DNA of 64,000 bases, taken from the human T2T-CHM13v2.0 reference genome, Homo sapiens. The stretch is from assembly GCF_009914755.1 (NCBI RefSeq), contig NC_060934.1. One strand, given 5' to 3'. The notes under the pieces were generated by a model. The model saw nothing but the letters and a program-made list of their open reading frames with translations, made no database searches and was not told the origin of the DNA. Below, piece by piece: positions 59,501 through 64,000 of this stretch. A program made the translations under genes and the position numbers. How positions within the stretch are numbered: position 1 is the stretch's first letter; every line of letters starts with the position of its first letter.

Positions 59501-62500
59501 AATCCAATGTGATCATCATCGAATGGACTCGAACGGAATCATCATCCAATGGAAACTAATGGAATCAACATCGAATGGAATGGAATGGAAACGCCATCGA
59601 ATTGCAACGAATGGAATTATCATGAAATTGAAATGGATGGACTCATCATTGAATGGATTCGAATGGAATCACCGAATGAAATTGATAGAAATCATCATTA
59701 AATGGAATCGAATGGAATCATTGAATGGAATCGGATGGAATCATCATCAGGTGGAAATGAATGGAATCATCATTGAATGGAATCGAACGGATTCATTGAA
59801 TGGAATCTGATGGAATCATCGAATGGACTTGAAGGGAATCATTGAATGGACTCGAATGGAATCATTATTGAATGGAATTGAATGGAATCATCGAATGGTC
59901 TCGAATGCAATCATTATCAAACGGAATCGAACGGAACCACCGAATAGAATCAAATGGAACAATCATTGTATGGACTCAAATGGAATTATCCTCAAATGGA
60001 ATCGAATGGAATTATCGAATGCAATCGATTGGAATTATCGAATGCAATCGAATAGAATCATCGAATGGACTCGAATGGAATCATCGAATGGAAGGGAATG
60101 GAATAGTCAATGAACTCGAATGGAATCATCATTGAATGGAATCGAATGGAATCATCGAGTGGAATAGAATGGATTCATGATCAAATGGAATCGAATGGAA
60201 TCATCATTGAATGGAATCGAATGGAATCATCGAGTGGAATCGAATGGAATAATGATCAAATGGAATCGAGTGTAATCATCATCAAATGGAATCAAAAATA
60301 ACCATCATCAATTGGTATTGAATGGAATTGTCATCAAATGGAATTCAATGGAATTATCATCAAATGGAACCGAATGGAATCCTCATTGAATGGAAATGAA
60401 AGGAGTCATCATCTAATGGAATGGCATGTTATCATCATCACATGGAATTGAATGGAATCATCATCAAATGGAATCTAATGGAATCATTGAACGGAATTGA
60501 ATGGAATCGTCATTGAATGAATTGAATGCAATCATCGAATGTTCTCGAATGGAATCATCTTCAAATGGAAAGGAATGGAATCATCGCCTAGAATCGAATG
60601 GAATTGTCATTGAATGGACTCGAATGGAATCAACATCAAACGGAATCAAACGGAATTGTCGAATGGAATCGAAGAGAATCATCGAATGGCCACGAATGGA
60701 ATCATCTAATGGAATGGAATGGATTAATCCACGGACCCGAATGCAATCATCATCGAATAGAATCGAATGGAATCATCGAATGGACTCGAATGCAATAATC
60801 ATTGAACGGAATCGAATGGAATCATCGTCGTATGGAAACGAATGGAATCATCATCGAATGGAAATGAAAGGAGTCATCATCTAATGGAATCGCATGGAAT
60901 CATCATCAAATGGAATTGAATGGAATCATCATCGAATGGAATCTAATGGAATCATTGAACGGAATTGAATGGAATAGTCATCGAATGAATCGAATGGAAT
61001 CATCAAATGGAATCAGATGGAATCATCATCAAATGGAATCCAATAGAATTATGAATTTCATAATTCTATCAATAGAATAGAATTTCATCCAATGAAATCC
61101 AATGTGATCATCATTGAATGGACTCGAACGGAATCATCATCCAATGGAAACTAATGGAATCAACATCGAATGGAATAGAGTGGAAACACCATCGAATTGA
61201 AACGACTGGAATTATCATGAAATTGAAATGGATGCACTCATCATCGAATGGATTTGAATGGAATCATCGAATGAAATTGATTGAAATCACCATCAAATGG
61301 AATCAAATGGAATCATTGAATGGAATGGAATGGAATCATCATCAGATGGAAATGAATGGAATCATCATAGAATGCAATCGAATGGATTTCTTGAATGGAA
61401 TCAGATGGAATCATCAAATGGACTTGAATGGAATCACTGAATGGACTCGAATAGAATCATTATTGAATGGAATTGAATGGAATCATCGAATGGTCTAGAA
61501 TAGAATCATTATCAGATGGAATCGAATGGAATCACCAAATAGAATCGAAAGGAACAATCATCGAATGGACTCAAATGGAATTATCTTCAAATGGAATCGA
61601 ATGGAATTCTCGAATGCAATCGAATGGAATTATCGAATGCAATCGAATACAATCATTGAATGGACTCGAATGGAATCGTGGAATGGAATGGAATGGAATA
61701 GTCAATGAACTCGAATGGAATCCTCATTGAATGGAATCGAATGGAATCATCGAGTGGAATCGAATGGAATCATGATCAAATGGAATCGAATGTAATCATC
61801 ATAAAATAGAATCCAAAATAACCATCTTCAATTGGTATTGAATGGAATTGTCATCAAATGGAATTCAAAGGAAACATCATCAAATGGAACCAAATGGAAT
61901 CCTCATTGAATGGAAATGAAAGGAGTCATCATCTAATGGAATTGCATAGAATCATCATCAAATGGAATCGAATGGAATCATTGAATGGAATCGAATGGAA
62001 TCATCATCAGATGGAAATGAATGGAATCATCATAGAATGGAATCGAATGGATTCATTGAATGGAATCAGATGGAATCATCAAATGGACTTGAATGGAATC
62101 ATTGAATGGACTCGAATGGAATCATTATCAAATGGAATCGAATGGAATCACCGAATAGAATCGAATGGAACAATCATCGAATGGACTCAAATGGAATTAT
62201 CCTCAAATGTTATCGAATGGAATTATCGAATGCAATCGAATAGAATCATCAAATGGACTCGAATGGAATCATGGAATGGAATGGAATGGAATAGTCAATG
62301 AACTCGAATGGAATCATCATTGAATGGAATCGAATGGAATCATCGAGTGGAATCGAATGGAATCATGATCAAATGGAATCGAATGTAATCATCATCAAAT
62401 GGAATCAAAATAACCATCATCAATTGGTATTGAATGGAATGGTCATCAAATGGAATTCAAAGGAATCATCATCAAATGGAACCGAATGGAATCCTCATTA

Positions 62501-64000
62501 AATGGAAATGAAAGGAATCATCATCTAATGGAATCGCATGGAATCATCATCACATGGAATCGAATGGAATCATCATCAAATGGAATCTAATGGAATCTTT
62601 GAACGGAATTGAATGGAATCGTCATCGAATGAATTGAATGCAAACATCGAATGGTCTCGAATGGAATCATCTTCAAATGGAAAGCAATGGAATCATCGCA
62701 TAGAATCGAATGGAATTGTCTTTGAATGGACTCGAATGGAATCACCATCAAACGGAATCACAGGGTATTATCGAATGGAATCGAAGAGAATCATCGAATG
62801 GCCACGAACGGAATCATCTAATGAAATGGAATGGAATAATCCACGGACCCGAATGCAATCATCATCAAATAGAATCGAATGCAATCGTCGAATTGACTCG
62901 AATGGAATAAACACTGAACGGAATTGAATGGAATCAACGTCGAATGGAATTGAATGGAATCATCATGGAATGGAAATGAAAGAGTCATCATCTAATGGAA
63001 TAGCATGGAATCATCATCAAATGGAATCGAATGGAATCATCATCGAATGGAATCTAATGGAATCATTGAACGGAATTGAATGGACTTGTTATCGAATGAT
63101 TTGAATGCAATCATCGAATGGTCTCGAATGGAATCATCTTCAATTGGAATGGAATGGAATCATCCCATAGAATCGAATGGAATTATCTTCGAATGGACTC
63201 AAATGGAATCAACATCAAACGGAATCAAACGGAACTATCAAATGGAATCGAAGATAATCATCGAATGGACTCGAATGGAATCATCTAATGAAATAGAATG
63301 GAATAATCTATGGACTCGAATGCAATAACCATGAAATGGAATCGAATGGAATCGTCGAATGGACTCGAATGGAATAATCATTGAACGGAATAGAATGGAA
63401 GCATCACCGGATGGAAACGAATGGAATCATCATCGAATGGAATCATCAAATGGAATCAGATGGAATCATCATCAAATGGAATCGAATAGAATTATGGAAT
63501 GAAATCCAATGTGATCATCATCGAATGGACTCGAACGGAATCATCATCCAATGGAAACTAATGGAATCAACATCGAATGGAATCGAATGGAAACACCATC
63601 GAATTGAAACGAATGGAATTATCATGAAATTGAAATGGATGGACTCATCATCGAATGGATTCGAATGGAATCATCGAATGAAATTGATTGAAATCATCAT
63701 CAAATGGAATCGAACGGAATCATTGAATGGAATCGAATGGAATCATCATCACATGGAAATGAATGGAATCATCATAGAATGGAATCGAATGGATTCACTG
63801 AATGGAATCAGATGGAATCATCAAACGGACTTGAATGGAATCATTGAACGGACTCGAATGGAATCATTATTAAATGGAATTGAACGGAATCATCGAATGG
63901 TCTCGAAAGGAATCATTATCGAATGGAATCACCGAATAGAAACGAATGGAACAATCATTGAATGGACTCAAATGGAATTATCCTCAAATGGAATCGAATG
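58300..64000. repeat. Diverged, rearranged HSat2 layer (possible array periphery or older layer)
   Basis: Private substitutions rise sharply. There are 75-bp and 665-bp duplications, deletions of 342, 49, 23, 10 and 1 bp, and landmark spacings of 1595 and 2407. Confidence 0.8.
61043..61098. other. Templated palindromic insertion: 13-bp inverted repeat plus a 7-bp hairpin
   Basis: ATAGAATTATGAA (61043-61055) + T + TTCATAATTCTAT (61057-61069) is a perfect inverted repeat. ATTTCAT-CCA-ATGAAAT lies at 61082-61098. The consensus at this position is simply ATAGAATTATGGAATGAAATCC. Confidence 0.9.

Larger units (their letters stand above)
1..64000. repeat. Human satellite II (HSat2/HSATII) pericentromeric tandem array, ~1.8-kb-period (HSat2A-like) family
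   Basis: The entire window consists of GAATG/GAATC pentamers interrupted by ATC triplets (GAATGGAATCATCATCGAATGGAATC). The reverse complement is rich in CATTCGATTC and GATGAT, which marks HSat2 rather than the pure (CATTC)n of HSat3. TCGA sites are dense. The subfamily assignment is inferred from the period only. Confidence 0.96.

Noticed and set aside
61043-61098. MITE, terminator or miRNA hairpin interpretation of the palindrome
   Set aside because: It is too short, one arm is native satellite flank, and there is no target-site duplication around a discrete element. Local templated synthesis explains it better.
19-63328. About 200 + strand ORFs (60-264 aa) rich in MES/NGI/EWN motifs
   Set aside because: They are translations of GAATG/GAATC/ATC repeats, which supply many ATGs and few stops on this strand. 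They overlap in all three frames, recur with the repeat period and are freely broken by stops between copies. There is no evidence of coding function.
1-64000. CRISPR-like or other repeat-spacer system
   Set aside because: There are no unique spacers, no constant repeat-spacer alternation and no cas or other genes. All intervening sequence is itself satellite.
1-64000. HSat3 or alpha satellite identity; strand inversion; embedded Alu/L1
   Set aside because: Long pure (GGAAT)n runs are absent (at most 3-4 copies), and there is no 171-bp period or CENP-B box. Orientation is constant apart from the tiny 61.05-kb insert. No poly(A) tail or retroelement sequence was seen.
1-64000. Specific chromosome assignment (e.g. 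chr1q12 or chr10 pericentromere)
   Set aside because: A ~1.8-kb period is compatible with HSat2A-type arrays, but the locus cannot be fixed without mapping to a T2T reference.

Overview
The whole 64 kb is one uninterrupted, single-orientation array of primate, most likely human, classical satellite II (HSat2/HSATII). The + strand is GAATG/GAATC/ATC-rich and the - strand reads CATTCGATTC. I found no supportable genes, RNA genes, transposons or CRISPR arrays, and the ORF track is an artefact of the repeat. The array is built from a ~1.82-kb monomer. The landmark AATCCAATGTG occurs 33 times, mostly spaced 1816 or 1826 bp apart, and each monomer contains two ~468-bp sub-repeats. Higher-order structure includes a 3642-bp A/B dimer, a 6063-bp trimer carrying a 595-bp internal duplication (~26-49 kb) and long block duplications at offsets 17,578, 18,824 and 37,556 bp. 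A more diverged, rearranged layer starts at ~58.3 kb. The only non-satellite-like sequence is a ~37-bp templated, palindromic insertion at 61054-61090 that looks like a DNA-repair scar. I see no evidence of a new protein- or RNA-coding system; the interest lies in repeat architecture and mutational history. All offsets were derived by hand from landmark and ORF coordinates, not from alignments.
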